Source of the DNA: an uncultured cyanobacterium
GTDB taxonomy: Bacteria > Cyanobacteriota > Cyanobacteriia > CAKZMO01
Reading direction: 5' to 3'
Assembly (NCBI GenBank): GCA_963719515.1
Contig: CAVRCJ010000010.1
Span: 840,778 to 904,777 of the forward strand
DNA length: 64,000 nucleotides
Shown: piece after piece, positions 1 to 9,349 of the stretch
Position numbering within the stretch: position 1 is the stretch's first letter
How the letters are laid out: every line of letters begins with the position of its first letter
Notes under the pieces: generated by a model
Told to the model about the DNA's origin: nothing
Seen by the model: the letters and a program-made list of their open reading frames with translations, nothing else
Database searches by the model: none
Translations under genes and position numbers: made by a program

Positions 1-24
1 TTCGTAACGGTGTTTAGCATCCTG

Positions 25-146
25 GAGGCCCCCTCCGCCCTCAATCCTGGGGGAACCAGAAAAATGCCAGACCTCTTGCTATTAAATGCTTTCAAGAATT
101 CTGACTTCGAATCTTGCTCCCCCAAACTTGGGGGCTGGGGGGCCTC
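25..146. repeat. Cyanobacterial short inverted-repeat (MITE/REP-like) element
   Basis: GAGGCCCCC...GGGGGCCTC termini with G/C-run internal palindromes (CCCCCAAACTTGGGGG); intergenic. Confidence 0.55.
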
Positions 147-340
147 TTTAAGGGGTGAAACAGCACGAATGTTACAAGGTATGAAATTCGCCAGCGGTAT
201 CAGAATTAGGGGAAGGGCTAGGGATGGGGGCCTTCCAAAACGCTAGACATGCACCCTAGTACTGCCATATTTCTACAAAGTGCAGACCCCGGATCAACAA
301 CGCCACACATTCAGCCCAAACACTCCACATCAAGAGGCAA

Positions 341-1318
341 GTGAACACTGATAACGATAGAACTAGGGATCTAGGCCGGGTACTGGATCGACGCAGGATT
401 ATTCGCTTATCGATACTGGCGATCGCCAACCTGCTTATCAGTCTCTGGATGGGACAGCAGGCCTACAGCTGGATGCCGCTGCAGGCCTCCGCCGAGGCCG
501 TGCTGGTAGACAAGCTATTTAGCTTTATGACCGCCGTAGGCTGCTTTATCTTCCTTGGGGTAATCGGCACACTGCTGTATTCCATGCTGTTTCAGCGCGC
601 AGCCAAATACGATGCCAGCGATGGTCCTCCCATTGAAGGCAACGTCAAGCTAGAGATCATCTGGACCGTCGTTCCCATCATCCTGGTGATCTGGATAGGT
701 ACGGTGAGCTACCGGACCTACGACCAGATGAGCCTTCTCGAGCCGTTCGCCCCCAAAGAGGTGAGCTCTGTGGGCACCGTGCCCCTCGACTCCACCAAAA
801 AAGTGGATACGGGCGTTGAAGCGACTCTCGATTCACCCCCGATTGAAGTGTTGTCCCGGCAGTGGTCTTGGGAGTTTCGCTACCCCCAGCAGGACGTTAG
901 CAGTACGGAGCTGCACCTGCCGGTGAATCAGCGCGCCCAGCTAAAGCTGACGTCGGAGGACGTGCTGCACGGCTTCTATGTCCCGGCGTTTCGAGTGAAG
1001 CAAGACATCATTCCGGGCCAGGAGATCGACTTCTCGTTTACGCCAATTTTAGAAGGGCGCTACCGCCTGCGGGATTCAGCGTACAGCGGCACCTATTTTG
1101 CCGCCAATCAGACCAACGTCGTGGTGGAATCGGAAGCGGCCTACCAGCAGTGGCTGGCCACCGCCGCCGCAACCTCACCCACACCGGCTGAAAACGTTGC
1201 CTACCAAGAGTTTAGCCGCTCCGCTGGCGGACCCATTAGCTTAGGCTGGGCCACCGTCAGGCCCGCCCCCGCCCCTATAGTCAACCACACTAGCTCAGAA
1301 CAGGACTCCTATGAGTAA
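341..1318 (+). CDS. ctaC: Heme-copper oxidase subunit II, ARTO-type (no CuA ligands)
   Basis: TM helices, LEIIWT, QWSWEF, DVLHGFYVP; CuA motif replaced by RLRDSAYSGTYFAAN. Confidence 0.9.
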   Translation: MNTDNDRTRDLGRVLDRRRIIRLSILAIANLLISLWMGQQAYSWMPLQASAEAVLVDKLFSFMTAVGCFIFLGVIGTLLYSMLFQRAAKYDASDGPPIEGNVKLEIIWTVVPIILVIWIGTVSYRTYDQMSLLEPFAPKEVSSVGTVPLDSTKKVDTGVEATLDSPPIEVLSRQWSWEFRYPQQDVSSTELHLPVNQRAQLKLTSEDVLHGFYVPAFRVKQDIIPGQEIDFSFTPILEGRYRLRDSAYSGTYFAANQTNVVVESEAAYQQWLATAAATSPTPAENVAYQEFSRSAGGPISLGWATVRPAPAPIVNHTSSEQDSYE

Positions 1319-3002
1319 CGCCACTGTAGAGGTACGTCCCGCTAGCCCGCCGCTTCAGCCTGAGCCGGGTGCGCCAGACAACTGGCGACGGTTCTTTACC
1401 TTTAGCACCGACCACAAAGTCATCGGCATCCAGTACATCGTCACGGCCTTTGCCTTCTTTTTGTTTGGCGGCCTGCTGGCAATGGTGATGCGCGGTGAGC
1501 TAATTACCCCTGAGTCAGATTTAGTCGATCGCACGGTCTACAACGGGCTATTCACCATGCACGGCACCATCATGCTGTTCATGTGGACCTTCCCCATGCT
1601 CAACGGCCTGGCCAACTACCTGGTGCCGCTGATGATTGGGGCGCGGGACATGGCCTTCCCGAAGCTAAATGCGATCGCCTTTTGGATGGTGCCCGTGTTT
1701 GGAGTCATCCTCACCGCCAGCTTCTTCATCCCTGGCGGCCCGTCGCAGTCGGGCTGGTGGGCCTATCCGCCGGTGAGCCTGCAAAACCCCACCGGCAACC
1801 TGATCAATGGTCAGGCGCTGTGGCTGGTGGCGGTGGCGCTCTCGGGCATTTCCTCAATTCTGGGGGCCGTCAACATCGTCACCACGATATTTAGAATGCG
1901 GGCCCCCGGCATGGGCTGGTTCAGGATGCCCGCCTTCTGCTGGACGGTGCTCTCAGCCCAGATGATTCAGCTCATTGGGCTACCCGCGCTCACCGCCGGG
2001 GCCGTTATGCTGCTGCTGGACCTCACCGTGGGCACCGCCTTCTTCGACCCCACCCGCGGCGGCGACCCCGTCCTGTACCAGCACTTCTTCTGGTTTTACT
2101 CCCACCCGGCGGTGTATGTAATCATTCTGCCGATCTTTGGGGTATTTTCAGAGGTGTTTCCGGTCTACGCCCGCAAGCCGCTGTTTGGCTACAGAGTCGT
2201 CGCTATCTCTTCACTGCTGATCACGGTGCTTAGCGGCGTGGTCTGGGTTCACCACATGTATGCTAGCGGCACGCCGAGCTGGATGCGGATGCTGTTCATG
2301 CTCACCACCATGGCCATCTCCATCCCCACGGGCATCAAGGTGTTTGCCTGGGTGGCCACGGTGTGGGGCGGCAAGCTGCGCCTGACTACGGCCATGCTGT
2401 TCGCCCTAGGCGGGCTGTTTATGTTCCTGTTTTCAGGCATCACCGGCATCATGCTGGCCGCAGTCCCCTTCGACATCCACGTCAACAATACCTACTTTGT
2501 AGTGGGCCACTTCCACTACGTCATCAACGGAGCGGTGGTGATGGGCTTTTACGCCGCCATCTACCACTGGTTCCCCAAAATGACGGGGCGGATGTATTAC
2601 GAAGGCTTGGGTAAGCTGCACTTTATTCTCACCTTTGTGGGGGCTAATCTAATCTTTTTGCCCATGCACCCCCTAGGTCTGCTGGGTATGCCGCGCCGGG
2701 TCGCATCCTACGACCCAGAGTTTGCCTTCTGGAACGTGCTGGCCAGCCTGGGCGGATTTTTGCTGGGGGTTTCCACCCTGCCCTTTATCTTAAATATGCT
2801 CAGCTCTTGGACCCAGGGCAAGGAAGCGGGCGACAACCCCTGGCGGGCCATCGGGCTGGAGTGGCTGGTGTCCTCTCCGCCCCCCCACGAGAACTTTGAA
2901 GAGCTTCCCGTGGTAGTGTCGCCGCCCTACGGCTACGGCAGTGATGAACCGCTGGTGTCCAACAATCCCGCTGGTAATCCTGTAGAGGAGGCGATCGCAT
3001 GA
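1311..3002 (+). CDS. ctaD: Heme-copper oxidase subunit I
   Basis: TDHKVIGIQY, MHGTIM, WFYSHPAVY, WVHHM, GHFHY, GMPRR. Confidence 0.97.
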   Translation: MSNATVEVRPASPPLQPEPGAPDNWRRFFTFSTDHKVIGIQYIVTAFAFFLFGGLLAMVMRGELITPESDLVDRTVYNGLFTMHGTIMLFMWTFPMLNGLANYLVPLMIGARDMAFPKLNAIAFWMVPVFGVILTASFFIPGGPSQSGWWAYPPVSLQNPTGNLINGQALWLVAVALSGISSILGAVNIVTTIFRMRAPGMGWFRMPAFCWTVLSAQMIQLIGLPALTAGAVMLLLDLTVGTAFFDPTRGGDPVLYQHFFWFYSHPAVYVIILPIFGVFSEVFPVYARKPLFGYRVVAISSLLITVLSGVVWVHHMYASGTPSWMRMLFMLTTMAISIPTGIKVFAWVATVWGGKLRLTTAMLFALGGLFMFLFSGITGIMLAAVPFDIHVNNTYFVVGHFHYVINGAVVMGFYAAIYHWFPKMTGRMYYEGLGKLHFILTFVGANLIFLPMHPLGLLGMPRRVASYDPEFAFWNVLASLGGFLLGVSTLPFILNMLSSWTQGKEAGDNPWRAIGLEWLVSSPPPHENFEELPVVVSPPYGYGSDEPLVSNNPAGNPVEEAIA

Positions 3003-3610
3003 GCAGCATTAACCTCGATACTGTCGATCCGGCGCTAGAGAGTCAGGCCTCTCATCACGCCGCCCACGAAGAAGACCACCGCATGTTTGGCTTTGTGGTC
3101 TTCCTGCTCTCGGAGAGCGTGATTTTCTTCAGCTTTTTTGTGGGCTACATCGTTTTCAAGACCGGCACCGCCAACTGGCTGCCCGCTGGGTTTGAGGGGC
3201 TGGAGGTCCGGGAGCCTTTAATCAACACGATTGTCCTGGTGTCCAGCAGCTTCGTCATCTATTTCGCCGAGCGCTTCTTACGCCGCAACAATCTCTGGGG
3301 CTTTCGCGTCTTCTGGCTTTTGACCATGGCCATGGGCAGCTTTTTCCTGTACGGCCAGGCGGTAGAGTGGATGGGTCTGCCCTTTGGGTTTACCTCCGGG
3401 GTATTTGGCGGCGTTTTCTACCTGCTGACGGGCTTTCACGGCCTGCACGTGCTCACCGGGGTCCTGATGCAGGGCGTGATGCTGGGGCGCTCCTTCATCC
3501 CCAACAACTACGCGGACGGCGAGTACGGGGTCGAGGCGACATCGCTGTTTTGGCACTTTGTCGACGTCATCTGGATTCTGCTTTTCATTCTGATCTATCT
3601 GTGGCAGTAG
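2999..3610 (+). CDS. ctaE: Heme-copper oxidase subunit III
   Basis: TGFHGLHV, WHFVDVIW; ATGA overlap with ctaD. Confidence 0.95.
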   Translation: MSSINLDTVDPALESQASHHAAHEEDHRMFGFVVFLLSESVIFFSFFVGYIVFKTGTANWLPAGFEGLEVREPLINTIVLVSSSFVIYFAERFLRRNNLWGFRVFWLLTMAMGSFFLYGQAVEWMGLPFGFTSGVFGGVFYLLTGFHGLHVLTGVLMQGVMLGRSFIPNNYADGEYGVEATSLFWHFVDVIWILLFILIYLWQ

Positions 3611-3613
3611 CTC

Positions 3614-5140
3614 ATGATTATTGATGACCAACATTACGATGTCATCATCGTCGGCTCGGGGGCCGGAGGCGGGACGCTGGCGCAAAAGCTGGCCCCTTCA
3701 GGGAAAAAGATCTTGGTCTTGGAGCGCGGGTCGCAGATGGCCCTAGAAGAGCAAAACCGGGCCGACGTGGATGTGTTTAAAAAAGAGCGCTACCACGCGC
3801 CGGAGCAGTGGTACGACGAAGCGGGAGAGCCCTTTTCGCCGCAAACCAACTACGCCGTAGGGGGAAACACAAAAATCTACAACGCGTCGCTGATGCGGAT
3901 GCGGGAGCGCGACTTTGAAGCGGTGACCTATCAAGACGGCGTCACCCCCGAGTGGCCGCTGAAATACGCCGACTGGGAGCCCTACTACACCGCCGCCGAG
4001 CAGCTCTATCAGGTGCACGGCGACGCTAAGGCTGACCCCACCGAGCCGGCCCACAGCAGCAGCTACCCTCACCACGCCGTAAGTCATCCGCCTATCATGC
4101 AGCCGGTTGTCACGGCCATCAAAGAGGAGGGACTGCACCCCGCCCCGCTGCCCACGAGCTTGACCCAGCAGGCAGACGACCCCACCGGGGACGCAGAGGT
4201 TTTTGGGATCAATTTAGCGATCGCCCATAATAACGTGACCCTTAAAACCAACGCCAAGGTGGTTGAGCTCCACACCAACCCGGCGGGCACAGCGATTAAG
4301 GGCGTTCAGGCGGAGGTTAACGCGCAGCCCATGCTGTTTACCGGCGACATTGTGGTGCTGGCCTGCGGGGCAGTGAATTCAGCCGCGCTGATGCTCGCCT
4401 CTGCCAACGACCAGCATTCCGAGGGCTTAGCCAACCGCTCAGGGCAGCTGGGCCGCAACCTGATGAAGCACCTGATGACGGTGATTGTGGAGCGCGGGGC
4501 GGCGGAGAACGACGGGACGTTTGCCCCCAGCATCGCCATCAACGACTTTTATTGGGGCGACCCAGACTATCACTATCCCATGGGCCATATTGAAAACAGC
4601 GGCGGCTTGCTGCAGGACATCGTCTTTGCAGAGTCGCCGCCCCTGCTCTCCGTTCTGGCCCGGCTGGCCCCTGGCGCAGGGCTAAAGCGGCTGGCGACGC
4701 GCTCCATCGGCTGGTGGGCTCAGACAGGGGTCTTGCCGAACCCCGACAACCGCGTTTACCTGCAGGAAAGCCGAAAGAGAATTAAGCTGCGCTACGAATT
4801 CACCCCCAATAACCTCGAGGCCCACGATCGCCTCGTGTACCGCTGGATGGGGGTGCTCAAAGAGCTAGAAAAGCCGGGGGTTGGGCTGCGGCAGGGCAGC
4901 GTCTACCCCAGAGGAGAATCGCCCATTCAGGTGGTGGGCTACCAGTGCGGCACCTGCCGCATGGGCAGCGACCCAGCGACCGCTGTTTTAGACCTCAACT
5001 GCCGCACCCATGAGATTGACAACCTTTACGTCGTAGACAGCAGCTTCTTCCCGTCCTGCGCCAGCGTCAGTCCGGCATTGACGGTGATGGCCAATGCCCT
5101 ACGCGTCGGAGAGCACTTGGTAGAGCGGCTGACGGCGTAA
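3614..5140 (+). CDS. GMC family FAD oxidoreductase
   Basis: IVGSGAGGG, VGGNT, GRNLMKH, GTCRMG, NLYVVDSSFFP. Confidence 0.9.
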   Translation: MIIDDQHYDVIIVGSGAGGGTLAQKLAPSGKKILVLERGSQMALEEQNRADVDVFKKERYHAPEQWYDEAGEPFSPQTNYAVGGNTKIYNASLMRMRERDFEAVTYQDGVTPEWPLKYADWEPYYTAAEQLYQVHGDAKADPTEPAHSSSYPHHAVSHPPIMQPVVTAIKEEGLHPAPLPTSLTQQADDPTGDAEVFGINLAIAHNNVTLKTNAKVVELHTNPAGTAIKGVQAEVNAQPMLFTGDIVVLACGAVNSAALMLASANDQHSEGLANRSGQLGRNLMKHLMTVIVERGAAENDGTFAPSIAINDFYWGDPDYHYPMGHIENSGGLLQDIVFAESPPLLSVLARLAPGAGLKRLATRSIGWWAQTGVLPNPDNRVYLQESRKRIKLRYEFTPNNLEAHDRLVYRWMGVLKELEKPGVGLRQGSVYPRGESPIQVVGYQCGTCRMGSDPATAVLDLNCRTHEIDNLYVVDSSFFPSCASVSPALTVMANALRVGEHLVERLTA

Positions 5141-5147
5141 TGTCCGG

Positions 5148-5204
5148 TAGCGCTCTAGGCCTGACAGCGCTCTAGGCCCGGCAGCGCCTAGGCCCGGCAG
5201 CGCT
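5148..5204. repeat. Short tandem repeat (AGCGC[TC]TAGGCC unit, about 3.5 copies) between convergent genes
   Basis: tagcgctctaggcctgacagcgctctaggcccggcagcgcctaggcccggcagcgct. Confidence 0.7.
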
Positions 5205-6095
5205 TTAATTGGAGAGCTGCCCTCCGGTAACGTCGACCAGCGCCCCCGTTATAAAGCTGCTGTCCTCAGCGGCAAGAAAAACGTAGGTCGGAGCAAGCTC
5301 TTCGGGCTGAGCCGCACGCTTTAGGGCGTTGGCGTCGTCAAACCCATCCACCTGGTCGGGGGTCATGGTTGCCGGAATGTTGGGGGTCCATACGGCTCCT
5401 GGAACGACGGCGTTGACGCGAATTTTCTTCTCGGCCAGGTTGAGCGCTAGGGATTTGGTAAAGGTGTGCACCGCCCCTTTGCTGGAGGCATAGTCCACCA
5501 AAAACTTCTTGCCAATCTTGCCGACAATAGAGCCGGTGTTAATGATGACGTCGCCTTCCTGTAGGTGGGGCTGGACGGCTTTGAACATGTGAAAGTAGCC
5601 GAAGATATTGGTTTCAAACGTCTCGTGAAACTGCTTGATCGTCAGCTCGGCCAAGTCTTTTCTCACCATCTGAAAGGCAGCGTTGTTGACCAGAATGTCA
5701 ACATGGCCAAACTTTTTCATGGTCTGAGCTACTGCGTCTTCGCAGGCTTCCGGCTTGCGGACGTCCATCTTGATGGGCAAGCACTGGCCCCCCCGCTCTT
5801 CCACCAGGCTTTTGGTCTTGTTGGCGTCTTCGTCGTTGACGTTGTATAAAATGGCGACGTTAGCCCCTTCCATGGCGTAGGCGATCGCCACCGCGCGGCC
5901 AATGCCCGAATCGCCCCCGGTAATAATTGCCACTTTCCCCGTGAGCTTACCCGCCGCTTTGTAGTTGGACAGGTCGCTATCTGGCGTCAGCTCCATATCC
6001 TCTTGGCTGGCCGGATAGGGGAGCTGCTGCGCGTCGATGTCTTCGGGTTTGGGGCGCGGTTCGGATCCCGTATTGCCTATGCTTTTGCTCGCCAT
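5205..6095 (-). CDS. SDR oxidoreductase (general stress protein 39/YghA-like)
   Basis: TGGDSGIG, NNAAFQ, YASSKGA. Confidence 0.9.
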   Translation of the reverse strand: MASKSIGNTGSEPRPKPEDIDAQQLPYPASQEDMELTPDSDLSNYKAAGKLTGKVAIITGGDSGIGRAVAIAYAMEGANVAILYNVNDEDANKTKSLVEERGGQCLPIKMDVRKPEACEDAVAQTMKKFGHVDILVNNAAFQMVRKDLAELTIKQFHETFETNIFGYFHMFKAVQPHLQEGDVIINTGSIVGKIGKKFLVDYASSKGAVHTFTKSLALNLAEKKIRVNAVVPGAVWTPNIPATMTPDQVDGFDDANALKRAAQPEELAPTYVFLAAEDSSFITGALVDVTGGQLSN

Positions 6096-6269
6096 AAAAG
6101 TTCTTCCATCTTGTAAGGAATTAGATCGTACGTGAGTTCTCTTTCGGTGAGTCTCTATCTAAGGGAGAGAAGATTTGACCCGTTTGAAGGGAAGAGCGAT
6201 TGCCTAAGTTTCTCTTTTCCTGAGCCATAATTGAAGCGTTGCCGAACCGCTTTCCGAATCGCACTGCCC

Positions 6270-7349
6270 ATGAGCGCCTCTCTGCAAACCATCCTCTTCC
6301 TCGCCGCTAACCCCAAAGACACCGCCCGCCGCCGTCTGGACCAAGAGCTTCGCGACATCGACGAGGGCCTACAGCGCTCCAGGAACCGCGACCAGTTCAC
6401 CCTAGAGAAAAAGCTGGCGGTGCGCCCTCGTGATATTCAGCGGGCCATGCTGGATGTGGGGCCGCAGATTGTTCACTTCTCGGGCCACAGCGACGGGGAA
6501 ATGGGGCTGCAGTTTGAAGACGAGGTGGGCAACGCCAAGCTGGTGGACGGGGCGGCGCTGGCGAGGCTGTTTGCGCTGTTTGCCGATCAGGTGAGCTGCG
6601 TGGTGCTCAACGGCTGCTATTCCCAGGCGCAGGCCGAGGCGATCGCCCAGCATGTGCCCTACGTCATCGGTATGAGTAAGGACATCGACGAGGATGCGGC
6701 GATCGCCTTTGCGGTGGGCTTTTATGACGCGTTGGGGGCGGGGCGGGATGTGGAGTTTGCCTATAAGCTGGGCTGCACCGCCATCAGTTTGGAGGGGGTG
6801 GAGGGATATCTGACGCCTATCCTGCTAAAGCACGCTCAGGAGGAAGTGACCGCTACGCCTATCCCCGCCGCTTCTAGTCCTGTGAACCATGAGGCGGACG
6901 GCTCCATTGAGGTTTTCATTTCCTATTCCCACAAAGATGATGCCTTACAAGAGGAGCTGATCGCCCATTTGTCTAGCCTGCGGCGGCGCGGAAATATCAC
7001 CGCCTGGTATGACCGTGCTGTGGAGGCAGGAGCGGAGTGGGAAGCGCAGATTAAAGACAAGCTGGAAACGGCTCAGGTTATTCTGATGCTCATCAGTCCG
7101 GCTTTCATGGCGTCTGATTACTGCTACGACATCGAGATGCAGCGAGCGCTGGAACGCCACGAGGAGGGTACGGCGCGCGTAATTCCGGTTATTCTACGCC
7201 CCTGTGACTGGAGAGAGGCCCCGTTTAGCAAGCTAAAGGCGATGCCAGAAGACGGTAAACCCGTGACGCAGTGGGGCGATCGCGATACGGCGTTTTTGAA
7301 TGTGGTGCAGGGCATTAAACGGGCACTGGAGTCGCTGACAAAAAAGTAG
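6270..7349 (+). CDS. CHAT (caspase-like) + TIR domain protein
   Basis: ILFLAANP, HFSGH and LNGC dyad motifs; C-terminal TIR VFISYSHKD...SDYCYDIEM...PVILRPCDW; ATG at 6270. Confidence 0.88.
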   Translation: MSASLQTILFLAANPKDTARRRLDQELRDIDEGLQRSRNRDQFTLEKKLAVRPRDIQRAMLDVGPQIVHFSGHSDGEMGLQFEDEVGNAKLVDGAALARLFALFADQVSCVVLNGCYSQAQAEAIAQHVPYVIGMSKDIDEDAAIAFAVGFYDALGAGRDVEFAYKLGCTAISLEGVEGYLTPILLKHAQEEVTATPIPAASSPVNHEADGSIEVFISYSHKDDALQEELIAHLSSLRRRGNITAWYDRAVEAGAEWEAQIKDKLETAQVILMLISPAFMASDYCYDIEMQRALERHEEGTARVIPVILRPCDWREAPFSKLKAMPEDGKPVTQWGDRDTAFLNVVQGIKRALESLTKK

Positions 7350-7385
7350 ACCGTTCTTTGCGTGCTGGTGCGGGAGCAAAGGACG
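7340..7385 (+). promoter_or_regulatory. Candidate -1 programmed ribosomal frameshift signal (A_AAA_AAG + hairpin)
   Basis: Heptamer 7340-7346 directly before TAG; 10-bp stem 7352-7361/7376-7385; GGAG at 7328-7331; -1 frame continuous with ORF 7358..8242. Confidence 0.6.
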
Positions 7386-8242
7386 ACGGGCTAACGTACC
7401 GGGGGGATGATTCGCCTTTTATTACGGGGACGCCGATTTCTCATCCGCGCTATTTCTTTGGCCGACGCCGGGTCGTGAAACGGCTGTTTAACTTGCTGAA
7501 GACCCATCCGCTGCAGAATGCGGCCATTATTGGCCAGCGGCGCTCGGGAAAGACGTCGCTGCTGAACTATTTGCGCACCGTTACCACGACGCCTGCCGCA
7601 GCGCTGCGACCGGGGCAAAAGGCGGACTGGCTACCGCAGCCGGAGGCCTACCGCTGGATCTTCGTAGATTTCCAGGATGCGCGGCTGGCGCGGCGGGAGG
7701 GGCTGCTGCGGCATTTGCTAGAGGCGATGGAGTTAGCGGTGCCGGAGCCTTGTGACCTGGAGCGGTTTATGGAGCAGGTGAGCGGCTGCGTGACGCGGCC
7801 TACGGTGGTGTTGATGGATGAGATTGGGGAGGCGCTGGGCACCTACTCGGAGCTGGATGATGAGTTTTGGAATAGCCTGCGATCGCTGGCGACAACGCAG
7901 ACGGACGGAAATTTGGCCTTTGTGCTGGCGACGCCGGAGAGCCCGGTTGGCCTAGCGCGGCAGACGGGGCACAGCTCGCCGTTTTTCAATATCTTTGGCT
8001 ACACGGCGACGCTGGGGCCGTTGAAAGAAGAGGAGGCGCGGGCGCTGATGGGGCGATCGCCCATTCCTTTTATGGAGGCGGATACGGTCTGGATGCTGGA
8101 GCAGAGCGGGGGCTGGCCGATTTTGCTGCAGATTTTGTGCCGGGAGCGGCTGTTTGCCCTGGAGGAGGGGGACGATAGCGAGGACTGGCGGCAGGAGGGG
8201 CTGGCGCAGATGCAGCCGTTTACGCATTTGCTAAATGGCTAG
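7358..8242 (+). CDS. P-loop ATPase (STAND/AAA-like); possibly the C-terminal part of a frameshift fusion with the CHAT-TIR gene
   Basis: SPFITG, FFGRRR, Walker A GQRRSGKTS, Walker B LMDE, SPFFNIF, SGGWP; TTG start. Confidence 0.85.
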   Translation: MRAGAGAKDDGLTYRGDDSPFITGTPISHPRYFFGRRRVVKRLFNLLKTHPLQNAAIIGQRRSGKTSLLNYLRTVTTTPAAALRPGQKADWLPQPEAYRWIFVDFQDARLARREGLLRHLLEAMELAVPEPCDLERFMEQVSGCVTRPTVVLMDEIGEALGTYSELDDEFWNSLRSLATTQTDGNLAFVLATPESPVGLARQTGHSSPFFNIFGYTATLGPLKEEEARALMGRSPIPFMEADTVWMLEQSGGWPILLQILCRERLFALEEGDDSEDWRQEGLAQMQPFTHLLNG

Positions 8243-8500
8243 AGTTTTCTATACGGTTGCGCGGGCACGCATATTCCGCTAAAGTGCCTAGCCATGGACG
8301 TTTTTTCGTCCGATTGCACAAACCTGACACCCAAATGTTTAGCGCCCCCTGGAAGTGACGCAACACAACCAGGAGGCTGACCTCCCGCTGACATACCCAG
8401 CGAGCGGCTACAGGGATTGTATCCCGTAGCCACCCTCGCCTTGTGCCGCGTGGAGTGGCTAGATGCTTGGGTTGTCTTTCCTCTCAAAGGAGACAACCCC

Positions 8501-8767
8501 ATGACCTATGATTCTTTTAATCCTCGCGATCGCGAGGGCGGTTCGTCCTGCCCGATTATTCTGCCGGGCGACGGCGACGATGTGCTGCGGCTCATCGCCA
8601 TTGGCCCGCCCTATGCGGTAGAGAACTGCCGACTGGCACTGCATCGCTACGGGTTTGCGGAGGCGAATGATTGGTCGCAGCCGCTGCCGGGGGCGAGCCC
8701 GGAGACGATTCGGGTGGTGGACCCGCGCCACGTGATGCGGATTTTGACGAAGCGGGTGCGGCGATAA
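8501..8767 (+). CDS. Small hypothetical protein
   Basis: AAGGAG SD before ATG 8501; LHRYGFAEANDWSQPLP...VMRILTK resembles small cyanobacterial proteins I recall. Confidence 0.7.
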   Translation: MTYDSFNPRDREGGSSCPIILPGDGDDVLRLIAIGPPYAVENCRLALHRYGFAEANDWSQPLPGASPETIRVVDPRHVMRILTKRVRR

Positions 8768-8974
8768 AATGGAGCTTCGCAAGCGAACGTAGATAGGACT
8801 GGCTCGCGGGATTTTTGAAAATCCCACGAGTCGATCAAGGTATATTTGGTATTGTGGAGTCTCCAGATTATTTTGTGAGGTCCAAAAAATCGTGATGTCG
8901 GCCTACAATGATCTTGTGAGGTCTACGAATTACATAGGCTGACACAACCATTGGTATCTCTGAGGAATAGCGTC

Positions 8975-9349
8975 ATGACAGCTCACCTGTTGCCGAAACT
9001 TGATGCGTTGCCAAATAGCTTGCCCTTAGAAGGAGCAGTTCGAATTGAATTGGTGGAGGGCGTTCCAGTTTTTCGGGCATCTAGCCAAGTTCAGATTCGT
9101 ATTGAAGCGCTCTTAGATAAGCAAAAGATTACGACTTTAGATTCAAATGAAGAGCAGGAATTAAGTTCTTACGAAGAGCTTGATGACTATTTGAGCCTAG
9201 TCAATCGGATCATCCGACAAGAATTGCAATTAAAGCCATCAGTAACGGCTGCAGTTTCGCAAGATTTTCCATTGGCGGGCAGTATTTTATACTACGATGA
9301 TCCATTCGGTCCTGCAGTTGACCCCGACGATTGGGGCGCTTTGCAATGA
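8975..9349 (+). CDS. Putative antitoxin
   Basis: ATGA overlap with downstream PIN gene; acidic C-terminus YDDPFGPAVDPDDW. Confidence 0.65.
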   Translation: MTAHLLPKLDALPNSLPLEGAVRIELVEGVPVFRASSQVQIRIEALLDKQKITTLDSNEEQELSSYEELDDYLSLVNRIIRQELQLKPSVTAAVSQDFPLAGSILYYDDPFGPAVDPDDWGALQ

